DNA of 64,000 nucleotides from Sporopachydermia quercuum (lineage: Eukaryota): the NCBI GenBank assembly GCA_001599295.1, contig BCGN01000002.1, forward strand, positions 744,001-808,000, in the 5' to 3' direction. Numbering within the stretch: the first letter of the stretch is position 1; every line of letters starts with the position of its first letter. Position numbers and translations under genes: made by a program. Under the pieces are notes generated by a model, which was not told where the DNA came from, searched no databases, and saw only the letters and a list, made by a program, of their open reading frames with translations. Shown here piece after piece: positions 45,990 through 58,514 of the stretch.

Positions 45990-47282
45990 ATGGAAAAAGT
46001 TATAAACCTATTGTTACCGATAGGAAGAACCACAGAACCTGTTGTTGCCATACCAACTTTTCAGCAAGGAGAAAATGAAGATGACATTGATTTACAGGTG
46101 AAATCTTTGCTGTACTTATTCAAGAGTTGTAATATACCTAAACAAAAGTCACTGTTCCGCTCAGATGGCAAAATTAAGTCTTCAAAACCTCTTGCAGAAA
46201 TTAGTACATCAGGTAGAGACAACAGGACATCAAATATCAGTAGTGTGAATGGCAAGGTCTTCGAAGAGAGTCATGAAAAAGGAGGGGATGAAAAGCTGGA
46301 TAGAGTTTACAATCGACGAGTTTTTGAATCATTACTGGTATCAGATCCTCATAGAATATTGGTTGATTGGAAGAAAAACAAGTTCAGATCCTTATGTATA
46401 CTTAGTGCTTATCCTAATGAGATTGATCTGCCTCAGTTTACTAAGCCTAATTATCGATTTCACGTTTTACCTGCAAATTCAACTGATGCGTACTATGTCA
46501 TGATACTATCTGAATCGGAGATATATATTGAGCACTCAATAAGTCTAGAACTAAGAAAAATTCTTGCAGCAGATATAGTAACGAAATATCATACTGAGAC
46601 AGGGAAAGATGTATTTGATAAGGATGACCGTTATCTGATCATCAAGCGTTATCTTAGAAGTGTTGCACTTGAAGTACAAGTTCAGCGCATTTGTAAAGCA
46701 TTATTGCAAGAAAAAATGAAATCCACTTTACCTAATGAGTCAATACCCTCACCATCTTCTAGTCTTCCTGGATCTCCAGAGAGAAAATCCTTTACAAGGG
46801 CATCACCCGAAAGAGATTTATCACTAGATAGATCTCCCTCTAGACAAAGACTTCAAAAAATGTCATCAAGAGCTGCATTGCAACCTATTCCATTTTCATT
46901 ATCTCCAGGAAACTTATCGTCACAGTCAAAATACAACAAAACTCCAACTAAAACATACATTTCAGAAGAATCCAACACTTCGCTTGGTTTACATGCATCA
47001 CCGAGNTTATCTTCAATATCTTCTTTCTGTGGCACCAACACATCTTCAGATTTGAAAGTTGCACCAAATTCTACACCCCAAAGAATTTTGAATAAAAAGT
47101 CATCCATATGTTTGAGAAAACCTGAAACCACAAATTTGAGTGTCAACTCACCTACTTCAACTGAGGATCCTTTCTGTTCAGACAAGTTGTTAGCTGATGT
47201 GCGAAATGAGGCATTGATTTGTGTGACTAGCAGGTTGGATAAAGAAAAGCTCATTCTTCGTAATGAGTTTCCTAAGAAATAA
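45990..47282 (+). CDS. Hypothetical protein (430 aa): globular N-terminal half, Ser/Pro-rich C-terminal half
   Basis: Long uninterrupted ORF with protein-like composition; no family recognised. Confidence 0.75.
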   Translation: MEKVINLLLPIGRTTEPVVAIPTFQQGENEDDIDLQVKSLLYLFKSCNIPKQKSLFRSDGKIKSSKPLAEISTSGRDNRTSNISSVNGKVFEESHEKGGDEKLDRVYNRRVFESLLVSDPHRILVDWKKNKFRSLCILSAYPNEIDLPQFTKPNYRFHVLPANSTDAYYVMILSESEIYIEHSISLELRKILAADIVTKYHTETGKDVFDKDDRYLIIKRYLRSVALEVQVQRICKALLQEKMKSTLPNESIPSPSSSLPGSPERKSFTRASPERDLSLDRSPSRQRLQKMSSRAALQPIPFSLSPGNLSSQSKYNKTPTKTYISEESNTSLGLHASPXLSSISSFCGTNTSSDLKVAPNSTPQRILNKKSSICLRKPETTNLSVNSPTSTEDPFCSDKLLADVRNEALICVTSRLDKEKLILRNEFPKK

Positions 47283-47788
47283 AAAGGGGCAAAGTGGAAT
47301 CAATATAGTAGTTTACTAATAGGGCCCGCATACAGATGCTTAATTCGGGATTTAAGAGCATTAGAATGTTTCGCTTGGAATTCAACGTCACTGCGAAAAC
47401 TTGAAGTTTGGAGCTTGATACTCGTTGAATTTTTTGACTTCAGTTTTGTTTCTCTGTTCAACTTCTGTTTTTGTTCTTTGTGATAATTGGTTTGCTTCAA
47501 CTACGGCGTCGGAACGGGTGGCTACCAGTGGAAAGGTTTGTTATATTCGGCTGAATCGGCTTGTAATCTGGTAACAACATTTAGAATATCAGATCCCTTT
47601 ATCTAATGGTATTAATTAAGAGCTTATGAAGTAGTGTCTTATTAAGTGATAATAAATGTCCACACAATTGTTCTTACCAATGTTTCTATCAATCTGTATA
47701 ATATAATTCTCAATCCCCAATGTTGAACTATTCAAATAATATAATGTATTTACAGGAAAGTAGGCCAACTTTTCTAAATTTTATTGAA

Positions 47789-48458
47789 TTACACCTTGTG
47801 ACGAGCAGAAGGATGAACATGGAATGGTGACCAGATACCTCTAACACTAGGATTGGTACTTTCCACCGGATTGCTCTTGAATTTCTTTAATGGTTCCCCA
47901 GATGCATTCTTGATGAGATCCAACTTGTTGACAATTTGATCTAAACTTAGGTTCTTCACACATATAGGCTTGACTCTTCCGTTAGCTGTTTCAATATGAT
48001 GTTAGTATCTTTTTGGATGATGAATAGGTCTGTACCTGCTGGGAACAACAAATAATACTCGCTACTTACGTCCGTATTCACCAATAACANCTGGGTGACC
48101 TGACCGTCTTTCAATACGGAATTCAATTTTTGGATTGGTTTTAGCATAGTCTTTTAACCTGTGTTCGAGAAACCGTCTATTGATATTAAAATAACGTTAA
48201 TCTGATGTTCCATTGATCAATACTCATTGACAATAGCTTTGAGCTTAATCCTTGCTTTGCAATTTCACATACCTCATTCCATAAGAGCTACCTCCCCAGT
48301 TACAATACTTTATGGTAATTCGCTTGCACTATTCACTTGTTAGTTTTTGCATAAACGCCCTAGAATTTCTCTAGCCAAATATCACATACAGGAAGCACAA
48401 ACGAACTAAGACCATTCTTTAAAGAACCAGCAAGTTGTCCCGTAGACTTCAAAACCAT
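47789..48458 (-). CDS. MRPL51: Mitochondrial ribosomal protein mL43; three introns
   Basis: Missed by the ORF track. Exons 48458-48390, 48328-48273, 48176-48070 and 47985-47789 give [59 protein letters not shown]. Confidence 0.92.
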
Positions 48459-48928
48459 TCTGACAAATTTCCCTAAAGTTGTCTCACACTATCAGCAAAA
48501 ATATAGGCTTCAACTTCAACACACAGAGCATAGATAAGTATAGTTATTCATCACGATGATATCCTCTCTATATGATTCACATCGAAACATTACACAGATC
48601 GTTGAAACTTTTTAGTTATATAATGAACATACACCTTAACACCAATTAATTTTATGGGGGGATGATCTGTAAGAATAATGCTAAGTCCCAAATCAGGATG
48701 ATGGGTATGATAACTTCTTTTTAGTTTGTTAGAGCTCTAAATTGTTAGAGAGATTTTCATTGATCTATCTATCTCATACTTGATATAGAACATTTACTTT
48801 GATAATAGGAGGAATGATTATTGGAGACAAGTCAGCAGTGCAGTGCAAACGGTTGATGATTTTCATCTGATGATAGGATATTTCTGGCTATTGACGTTGT
48901 AGAACTGCGAATCGAAATATGAAGCATA

Positions 48929-49593
48929 ATGTTCAGAAGGTGTTTTGCCCTTAGGAGTATCACTAATAGGCAGTTGGAGTTCAGCCGTAAGTTTGGTACG
49001 GGAATAAGAATATTGAAAGATGGGAAGAGTTCATTAGCCATACAACCCACTGGAACAAATATCAACGGCGAAAAGCCTGTTTTCAACGCTTTAGATGTTC
49101 TGGGCGATGTCCCAAGTCCAGTGAATAATGTGGACACTGTATTAAAAAATGGCTTTGTTCTAGCAAATGGGATCACGATAAGGAACAATGAACAAGGGAA
49201 AACCAAAGGCTTGGTTTTGCTGGCAGGAGAAGCATTTGAATGGAATCTAAATAACGCAGTTCAAGGTTTAGATGCAGGAGTTGTTGAGTTCTCAGAAGAT
49301 GCGTTTGGAATATTTGATGTTTCATATCCAAAGCCAGAATTGTTGATTATCGGTCTTGGTAATAAAAGTAGAATTCTTGGACCGAAAACTCGACAGAGAT
49401 TATCGAGATATGGAATACAGTTAGAAATATCTGATACTGTAAGTTTAATTATTGGGAATCCCAATTTTACTTTCATGCTGTGAGTACCTTACTAACTATC
49501 AATTTCTAGTTGAACGCTGCAAAAAGCTTTGATCTATTAGCAACAGAAAGACCAAACCAGGTTGCAGGTGCTATGATTCCACCAGATATATGA
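48929..49593 (+). CDS. Complex I assembly factor NDUFAF3-like (Mth938 domain); one intron
   Basis: PKPELLIIGLG, GIQLEISDT, then intron 49439-49509 (GTAAGT...TACTAAC...TAG), then LNAAKSFDLLATERPNQVAGAMIP. Confidence 0.85.
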
Positions 49594-49673
49594 AAGGAGG
49601 GAGCGTTGTTTAATATTTATTAACCATTATGTACATATTTCAGAGAAAAGAGATATTTATTATACTGTTGGCT

Positions 49674-50288
49674 TTAAGGGACAATTGCAATCAGTCCTCT
49701 GGTTAAAACGAAACCGTAACTAGTTAAACCAAGAAATGTTGCCATATTAGCAAGAAGACTGAAACCATGATACATTCCAAACTTCTTGNTCAATTCCTTC
49801 ATTTCAGGAGATTCTTCATTTTCTTTCCAAGTTCCTGCTTTTATTTCCTGTTCTTTCAACTTCAATCGCTTTTCTTTAATGCTTCTTGACCATGGGTTCA
49901 GAACTGCAAAATTGGCGAAGCCTCCTAAACTAGCTAATCCCAAGCACAGTTTAGAAGCGGTTGCAATAGGGAAAGGTGATGATAATAAAAGTACTGCTGG
50001 TGAAATTGTTTGCAATGCAAAATATGGTGGAAATATTTTAGATTGAAGTTTACCGAATTCCTCCCTTGGGAGTGTTTTGAATGCAACAATTGCACTGAAG
50101 AATGATTCGTATGTTGTAGCTCCAAACCTATATGAGAGAGAGTATACGCATTAGTTCAATTGTTCCTATTTACATCATAACATCCGGTTGCAACAGCCTT
50201 TTCTAAGTAAGTCAAATTTTTCTTACGCCAATGAATATAGTAGAAGGTGATAGGGGGATTTTGACCCAATGAGTGATCTGAGTGACAT
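49674..50288 (-). CDS. DUF4149/TMEM205-like membrane protein; one intron
   Basis: Exons 50288-50227 and 50127-49674. PYHLLLYS, VAFKTLPREEFGKLQSKIFPPYF, KKFGMYHGFSLLAN. Confidence 0.85.
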
Positions 50289-51434
50289 TTTTTGTAAAGA
50301 TTAGCTGTTTGTCCAATGATTAGATAATGGAATTGAAGGGAACAACCAACGATTATCTTTTCTTATTAGTAACGTTACAGTTATTTCTTCGCATAAGAAT
50401 TAATAACTTAGAATAGATGAAAAAGTGCAATTATTGTTTATATCTTTTACTATAGAACAAGAATGTCATGAAAACTAACGTAAACAGGAAAGAGTCTGAG
50501 TAGAGTCTGAGACTAAGCGACTAACTTAAGGAAGACCTTGTCTGAGTTAAAAGGCTATCTTGGCTACGATAATAAGTAAGCAACGGAGATTCTTTCGGAA
50601 AAAGGACACGCTTCATAGTGCCAGATCTTTTCAGCGAAGTAGGATATTATTTTACATATATAGCATATTTCAAAGGCTTCTATTTGAATATTTATTATGT
50701 AAATATTTTGAAAAGAAGTATTTATACTACTGGTATGAATTTATAAATCAGGATTCTTTATAGAATTTTGATGTGCATATGTCTCATGAAAATCATCAGG
50801 ATACTTAACGAACAAAATAGATCTTATCTTTATAATCATTGGATGGAAGACTGACTTAACTCCTTGGACAGAAATATTGTCTTTGAGATTAAATTTAGAA
50901 ACGCAGTCTTTATTATTGATAAGTTGAACTAAGTGGAAAAGTTCATGAATTGGACCTTACTGTATGTTAATCTCTACCTGGATCCCAATGGATCGGAAAC
51001 TCTTATATCTTAGAATACTTACAAATAATACTACAAACAATCATAAAAGTAAAAAAGACATGTTATCTTACTCTAATATACATAATCAAACAATACCTTT
51101 AAAGCAATTCATTACCACCACAAGATGGAACATAACATAAATGATATCCACATCTTTAACTCGAACCAAACATAAAACCCATCTATCAAAAATTATGATA
51201 GTTTATAATTTTTTTGACATTATTTTTCTTCTTCTTTGCTTTAGCACTTTTCGAATTGAAACCAGATATCCCATTTCCATCCTCACCGAAGACATAACAG
51301 TGGAAGGAGCATGTGTGGACTCAAAACTTTAACTATGAACATACAACAAAATATACAACCGAACCTAACCTTTAGAATGCATGACCAACCTTGCCCTATG
51401 AAAACAAATTATAATTCAATCCTTAGAAATTAGC

Positions 51435-51962
51435 TTAATGAGAGCTCTGGCCGGATTTATAAGGAGACGGAGAGGAAATTCTTACCCCAGTATTGGGGTT
51501 GATGATTTCAACTGGTTTTCGAACTCTTGAATAAGGAGTTGAAGCTGATGAGCTACCACCAGCCGAGTTCGAATTGGAGCCAGAAGACCCCGCCTTAGAA
51601 CTAGAATAAGATTGCTTATATGATGGTGAGGATAATTGATAGGAATATCCATTTGGGGAAGTGTTATAACCATAAAGATCTTGCTGATTTTGAACAGGAG
51701 AAACAGTAGGTGATTGAGATCCATATGAACCATAAGATGGTAAATAGGACGGCGCATTGGGATTCAAACCAGAACTTGAACTGCCAATAAATGGACAGAA
51801 TTCTTTATCATCTTCAGGGTCGAATCCTTTACTGGCAGCTAATCTTGCTCTAAAATATTGAACCGAGTTGACATTAGTAGGTGATCGGTATACCATTGCT
51901 GATAAGTTTGAATGTTGTTGAATAGGAGATATATTGTTGTTCATCATAGTAACTATAACCAT
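51435..51962 (-). CDS. Uncharacterised low-complexity protein (175 aa) with a PAM2-like motif
   Basis: S/N/Q/Y-rich with three motif islands: FDPEDDKEFCP, SGLNPNAPSYLP and KPVEIINPNTG. Confidence 0.75.
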   Translation of the reverse strand: MVIVTMMNNNISPIQQHSNLSAMVYRSPTNVNSVQYFRARLAASKGFDPEDDKEFCPFIGSSSSGLNPNAPSYLPSYGSYGSQSPTVSPVQNQQDLYGYNTSPNGYSYQLSSPSYKQSYSSSKAGSSGSNSNSAGGSSSASTPYSRVRKPVEIINPNTGVRISSPSPYKSGQSSH

Positions 51963-53274
51963 TGTTAGAATAAACTATTCTTTTATCTATATTCACTCAA
52001 GAAGCCTCTAGGAAAAATGAAAAATGCCTCTAGAAGTAATTGATTGAACCATTTGCTTTTGAAGGAAGACATCAGTTCAACATCCCTTAGCAACGATGCG
52101 AATAGAAACTATGAAAAATATCAATGCTCGATAATATATCTATATACCTACATATATACATATATATATGTCTGAAACAGAATAACTGAAAGCAATCTTG
52201 AATAAAATTCATCCCCAAGCTATTCAGCTTCCTTTTGAATCATGAAATGGCTGGCCAACTTGTTACTTCTTATCAAACTCAGGATAAAAATACTTCTACT
52301 TACATTGATCCTTATACCATCAAACACGTCTTAACTATTAAGAAATAAAATGAAGAGCATAAATAAATAACATATGATATGCCTAGTACCACTTTATCAT
52401 TTGAACAAATATCATTTATTAGTACATTGAACAAGAGAGCTATCTGATAAAAAGCGGTGAAGAGGTAGATAACGTACTTGACTAAATGATGAATTGTGGA
52501 AGGTTAGCTTCGACAGAACAGAATATATGCAAGGAGACGAAACCTTAGATTCCGGTTTTGGAACTTTAGGCATGTAGGCATGACACATTATCCGAAGTAG
52601 GAGATTTTCTATTTATTGCAAACTTTCAGGACAAATCTGTTATGTCATAGAGGGCTTACAAAGTCATTAATACCGTTACAAAATATATAGCAACGATTGC
52701 AGATAAAAAGTACAGGTACGATATAATTTAACATGGTGGATGTTTATCTGAAAGCTATTCGTATGAAAACACTTCGATACTGAAAATTAAATATATTCAT
52801 TTTCAGGAGGAACATAATTTTATTGTCTAACTTTAAAAAGGAAATACGCATCTTCATGTATGTTCTTGACCAAAACCAGCCCTTTCCCTTGAAAACAAAC
52901 AAATAAAAATTACCCGGTGAACCAATGTCACATGTATTTATGACACGCTCGGAAACCTTATGAAGGTCTGACAATTCTTTGTTCCTCCACTTTTCCTGAA
53001 CCAATTTGAGGTACCATAATAAGCTTCTCCTATCGGCATTCAACCAATAATAGATCACATCAACATTTAATATATCTCTCGATTTAATAACCTCAAATGT
53101 ACCTCATGCATGATTATGCATTGACTTAATTCCTATGAGATTAACAGAAAAAACCTATCATGAAAATATACTTTGTATTGAACTTATTGAATTGAATAAT
53201 CATTAGAATAACGTACCAACTACGAGGTTTCTCGCATTTCAGCCACCATTTTTCTTGCTAATTACACTTGACAT

Positions 53275-55025
53275 ATGTACCTTTCATTTTTGAGCTATCG
53301 AAGAATGTCTACTACTGTAAAAATACGAACTTACAATGTATGTTAGCTGAAGCACTTACTTGCAGGTCACAAATCAACGAGCAATTATCATTTGTTATAA
53401 TTGCTCTTTATCTTTTAGGTAACGCTTCTTAATTATTATTAATACACATACTAACAAAAAAAAACAATAGGATGCTATAAAAGCTTTGAATTCTCTGCAG
53501 TCCAATTTTGCTGCCGTAGAAGCAGTGAAAAAATCAGGTGCTCCTAATAATGCGTCCACTCTTCAAGAGATGATAGAGTACTGTAAACTCATTGGTTATG
53601 ATGTAAGTTCTACGGAAGAGCTTGAATTCTCACTGTAGCACAAGTAACGCATTTTCACACTTACTAACAATGATTTCAATGTTTCAGACATCAGATTTCA
53701 ATAAGCTCAATATCATTCATGTAACAGGTACCAAAGGCAAAGGTTCCACCTGTGCTTTTGTTCAATCAATTCTGCTTCAGTATAAACCAAGTTATATCAG
53801 TAAAATAGGTCTTTATACATCACCACATTTGAAATCAGTTAGAGAAAGAATTGGAATTAATGGGAAGCCTGTAAGTGAAGAACTTTTCACTAAATACTTC
53901 TTTGAAGTATGGGATAAACTGTCGACACAGTGTTTACCTTTGGATGTAATCCCGAATGCCCGAAAAGGTGGTAAACCTTCTTACTTCAAATATCTTACAC
54001 TTTTATCTTTTCACGTCTTTTTTCAGGAAAAAGTTGACACTGCCATTTATGAAGTTGGAATTGGAGGTGAACTGGATTCTACAAATATTATTCAGGCACC
54101 TACTGTTACTGGTGTAAGTGCATTAGGTATTGATCACACTTTTATGCTTGGTAACACATTAAAAGAGATTGCATGGAATAAAGGTGGTATTTTCAAACCC
54201 GGTGCCAAAGCTTTTACGGTTGCTTCTCAACCATCGGAAGGCCTTGATGAGTTGCGCAGGAGAGCTGCAGAACGAAATACAACTTTGACTGTTGTTGAGC
54301 CCCATGCTGACCTGAAAAATATCAAGCTAGGATTAGAAGGTGATTTCCAGCTGGAAAACGCATCATTAGCTGTAGCATTGGCAAAAGAACACTTGAGCAA
54401 ACTGGGCGTTGAGCTTGATAAGAATTTCGATTCCGAGACTTTAAATCAACAGTTCAGAACTGGCCTAGAGAATGCTGTCTGGCCAGGTAGGTGTCAGACT
54501 ATTGTTGACAATAATATCACTTGGTTAATTGACGGTGCCCATACCAAAGAAAGCCTAGCCGCTGGAACAACATGGTTCATCAAAAAGGACAAGGCTCTAG
54601 CGTCGTCACCTTCATCACCACCACCAGTGAAAGTTCTAATATTCAATCAACAAACTAGAGATATCTCAGCACTAATATCATTGCTCCATAAGCTCATAAC
54701 AGAGGCAAATATTCAGTTTGACCATGTGATATTCACTACTAATGTTACTTGGTCTTCTGGCTACTCTCCTGATCTTACCTCTATTAACGTATCATCACGG
54801 GAAGTTGACTCAATGTCTGTTCAAAAACAATTGAAAGAAGAATGGATTAAACTTTCCAGCTCGGAACTAAACAAAGATTCAGTTCATGTATTTCCAAGTA
54901 TTGAAGAAAGCGTTAAATTGATCAGGGAATTATGCGAAAATAATAAGCCAGTTGAAGCGTTCGTAACAGGTAGTTTACATTTAGTCGGTGGCTTATTAAC
55001 AGTATTGGAAGATAGAAATGAATGA
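53275..55025 (+). CDS. MET7: Folylpolyglutamate synthase; two introns; ATGs at 53275 and 53305
   Basis: Exons 53275/53305-53337, 53471-53602 and 53688-55025. RTYNDAIKALNSLQSN, IIHVTGTKGKGST, YTSPHL, WPGRCQ, DGAHT, VTGSLHLVGG. Confidence 0.93.
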
Positions 55026-55120
55026 CTCACCATTTTTGTTAATAGTAGCAGACATAACATTCTCTTAATGCAAAATATAATTCATTCTAATATTATAATA
55101 ATTATATATTATCACATAGC

Positions 55121-58100
55121 TTACTCTACATTATTCAAAACAATTGCAGGAGAACCTGGAACTGCATCAGTGATAGCCTTTGAAGGGGAAGCGATCTCAA
55201 TTTCTTCACCGGTAAGGATATTCTTAGCTTTAGTAGCAGTTTCACCTTCAAGAAGATAAGCAACAACTTTTTCAACTTTAACAGAAGTTGCACTACGTTC
55301 ATAGATATTCAAAGCTAAGGCTTCCTTTGTTGCTTCAACTTCACTGAAGATCAATTCTCTGTTGAAAACAATTTCTGGCTTTTCATTACGTAGTCTTTGT
55401 TTCAGGAAGTTGACAAATGGCATGGCTTTCTTAACCTCACCCAAACTTGAGACCTTCTTGGGCAAATCAGGAGAGTAAGAAAGAGATAAAGCATNAAATG
55501 ATTCCTTAACTAGATCAATATACTTATCTTGCCAAGATGGGAATTGGCTTGAAATGTATAAAGAAATCACCACTGGTTTCTTAATATCTAAAGAAACTTT
55601 ACTACCTTTCTTTTGTTTCTTGAAAGAAGCACCTTCAACTTCACGTACTGATTTACTAACAGATCTAACATATTCTAAAGCAGCACTCAAAGCCAGATCT
55701 TCCCCCTTTCCTGCTCTAGGGAATGCAGCATCATGAATAGAAGTTTCATGCTTCAGAATATCCCTGTAGATATATTCAGAGAAATGGGGAGCAATTGGTG
55801 CAAGTAATAAAGCCTGAGTCTTAATATACTTGATCAAAAGATCTTTATGCATGCCAACAGTGGTTGAAGTGACTTCTCTATAGTAATCTCTGGCTGATTG
55901 GAATTCAAAGAAACCGTTCTTTAAACCAAGTTTGAAAGCAGCAGCAGAATAATTCTTATAACAAGCTTCAATTAACTTGTTCATTTCATTATCAAAAGCT
56001 TTGTCAAAGAAGTTGAATTCACCAGTTCTGAAACTATCAAGCTTAGAAACAACTTCTTCAATCCATTCTTTCAATGTGTATAATCTCAAAATAGCAGCAT
56101 TAGCATTACTTTCATCAAAATTAGCATCTTCAAAAGTATCACCGGCATCAGCCAAGGCAATTCTAGAGGCATCAGCTCCAAAAATCTCGGTTATTTGTTT
56201 CAATGTACGGAAATTACCTGTACTCTTAGACATCTTTTGATTATTCAACATCAAATGACCATTGGCTCTGATACCTTTTGGCCAGTACTTCTTAGGGAAC
56301 AATGCAACGTGACAGTAAATGAAGAATGTCAAATGATTAGGAATCAAATCCTTACCAGATACACGTAAATCTAAAGGATAAAAGTATTCGAATTCTCTTC
56401 TAAGAATATCAAGTTTATCCTTTGGAATATTTCCTTTAACTTCATCAATATTGCCGAAGATATAATTCCAAACATCATCATCCATTTCTTCAGCTTTAAT
56501 ACCTAAGGAACCAACTTCTTGACCATAGAAATCCTTATGCAATAAATGACAGATTGTATAATAAGCCATATAGATAGTAGAATCGGACAATGATTCAACC
56601 AAGTATTGAGGATCCCAAGGGATATGGGTACCTAATCCATAACTTCTAGATAATGCCCAGTTACGTAGCCAACCTAGGACAGCTTCAAAAGCGTTCTTTG
56701 TTTCAGGAGAAAATGTTTGCATTTCTTGTAAACATTCTTCGGCTTGAGCTCTCCAAGTAGGCTCACCATAATCAGTAAACCATTGATCTTCCAAGGAAAC
56801 AACACAGTCATCACCAGAACGTGAAATTACCTGTGACTCAGGTTCATTATAAACAAAAGCATCACCAGCTTTCAAAAGGTCTTCACGAACTTTTGGTTTA
56901 GCTTCTTCGACTTTCAAACCAGTGTAAGGACCGTAGACCATACGGCCTTGATAGTAACCTTCCTTATAAGCTAATTCCTTTGCCTTAGCTAAAGCAACTG
57001 AATCCTTTGGTGATTGAATCTTCAGATCATTAACCAGAGTTTCAGCGGTAAGCTTACCATAGCTAGGAGTTTCAATAATAGGTAAAGGTTCTAAAGAAGC
57101 CCATTCCTTTTGAATTTTATAATATTCAGGCTTATGGGCCAATTCTTTAGTAGTAATATAATCATCAGGAGAATCACTAGGAACGCAAGTAACGACACCA
57201 GTACCTTTAGTAGCTAACACGGTTTCCATAGGTAAAACGCGAACTTCAGGATAAACTGACAAAGGAGCTTTGATTCTGGCACCAATTAAAACAGAACCTT
57301 CAATATCAACAACAGAATCCCAAACACCTCTCTTAGGAGTGAGCTTTTGGAAACACATATTCTTAAAAGCTCTATCTGTACAGATGTAATAATTTCCATT
57401 ACCAGCATCAAATAAACCGTATTTAATCTTAGGAGAAACAAAACAACAGGTTTGTCCATACATGGTTTCAGGTCTTAAAGTAGCAGCCACCAAAAAAACT
57501 TTCTTACCTTCAATATTGAATTGATGTTCTGCTAAAAATGTGGCAGCAGCTTCAGGGAACTCTAAAATTTCAATCTTGACAGCAGTGTACTCTTGGGGAC
57601 CAACAGCTTCACCAGATTGCCTATCGTGATCCATACAAGGTTGTCCATCCTTAGCAGAATAAATTGTATATCTTTCACCAAACTTGATCTTTCCAAGAGC
57701 TTTCAAGCGTTTCATTTGCCATTTGACGAATTGATCATAGTAAGGATTTGCATCAGTGGTGATAAAACTTCTTCTCCAATCAATACGAGCACCAAAATTA
57801 GTACAATCTTCTTGACATAGAGGTGGGAAATAAGTTAACCAATGACTGGCATCAGCAAAGTTATGAACCGCTTCTCTTGGGATTCCTAACTGTAACATAA
57901 TTTCAAATTGGAATTTACCTCTACCTTGCTTTGCTTGAGCTTTTGATTTCTTAGCTTTGAATTTTGATACATCTTCACTCTTAGCTTCTGGTGCCTTTTC
58001 TTGGGTTTCAACTTCCTCATCCTCAGCTGGTCCGTTTTCAAAATTTATACCGAATTGTTCAATTTCTCTTACTAATTTATCAGCACATGCTTTAATTGGC

Positions 58101-58514
58101 ATACCAGTACAATGAAAACCAAGTGGGAAAAGGGCTCTCTTACCAAGCATTCTTTCGAAACCAGTGGTGAATTCAATTTTTGATAAAGTGAAAGAATGCC
58201 CAGCATGAAGAACACCGTTCATATAAGGATAAGCCATAGTACCAAAATACTTGGGGTATTTCTCATGTAATTCTTCCCAGCTGGTAGCTGGTATTTCCTT
58301 TAATGATGGTGCATCAATTTCAAAAATATGTTCATCTTGCCAGAGCTTCTGATACTTCTTTTCAATAGCAATCAGTTCGTCTCTTCTAGACGTCTATCTC
58401 TCTTTGTTAGTTTCAAATCTCCACGAATTATTGTCATCACAGGTTCATTGTTCATTCAATCAACCATATTTAATTATAATCACATACATTTGTGAATGGT
58501 ACATTAGAAGCCAT
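55121..58514 (-). CDS. CDC60: Cytosolic leucyl-tRNA synthetase; one intron
   Basis: Exon 58514-58488, intron 58487-58394 (GTATGT...AACTAAC...TAG), then NT/SRRDELIAIEKKYQ. YMNGVLHAGH (HIGH) and KMSKS motifs; editing-domain ATLRPET and GTG. Confidence 0.96.

Noticed and set aside
47315..47324. ACTAATAGGG identical to a 25S rRNA segment
   Set aside because: Only 10 nt with no adjacent C/D boxes; expected by chance.
53413..53424. Internal TTTTAG|GTAACG in MET7 intron 1 as a recursive splice site
   Set aside because: No convincing branch point upstream of the internal AG.
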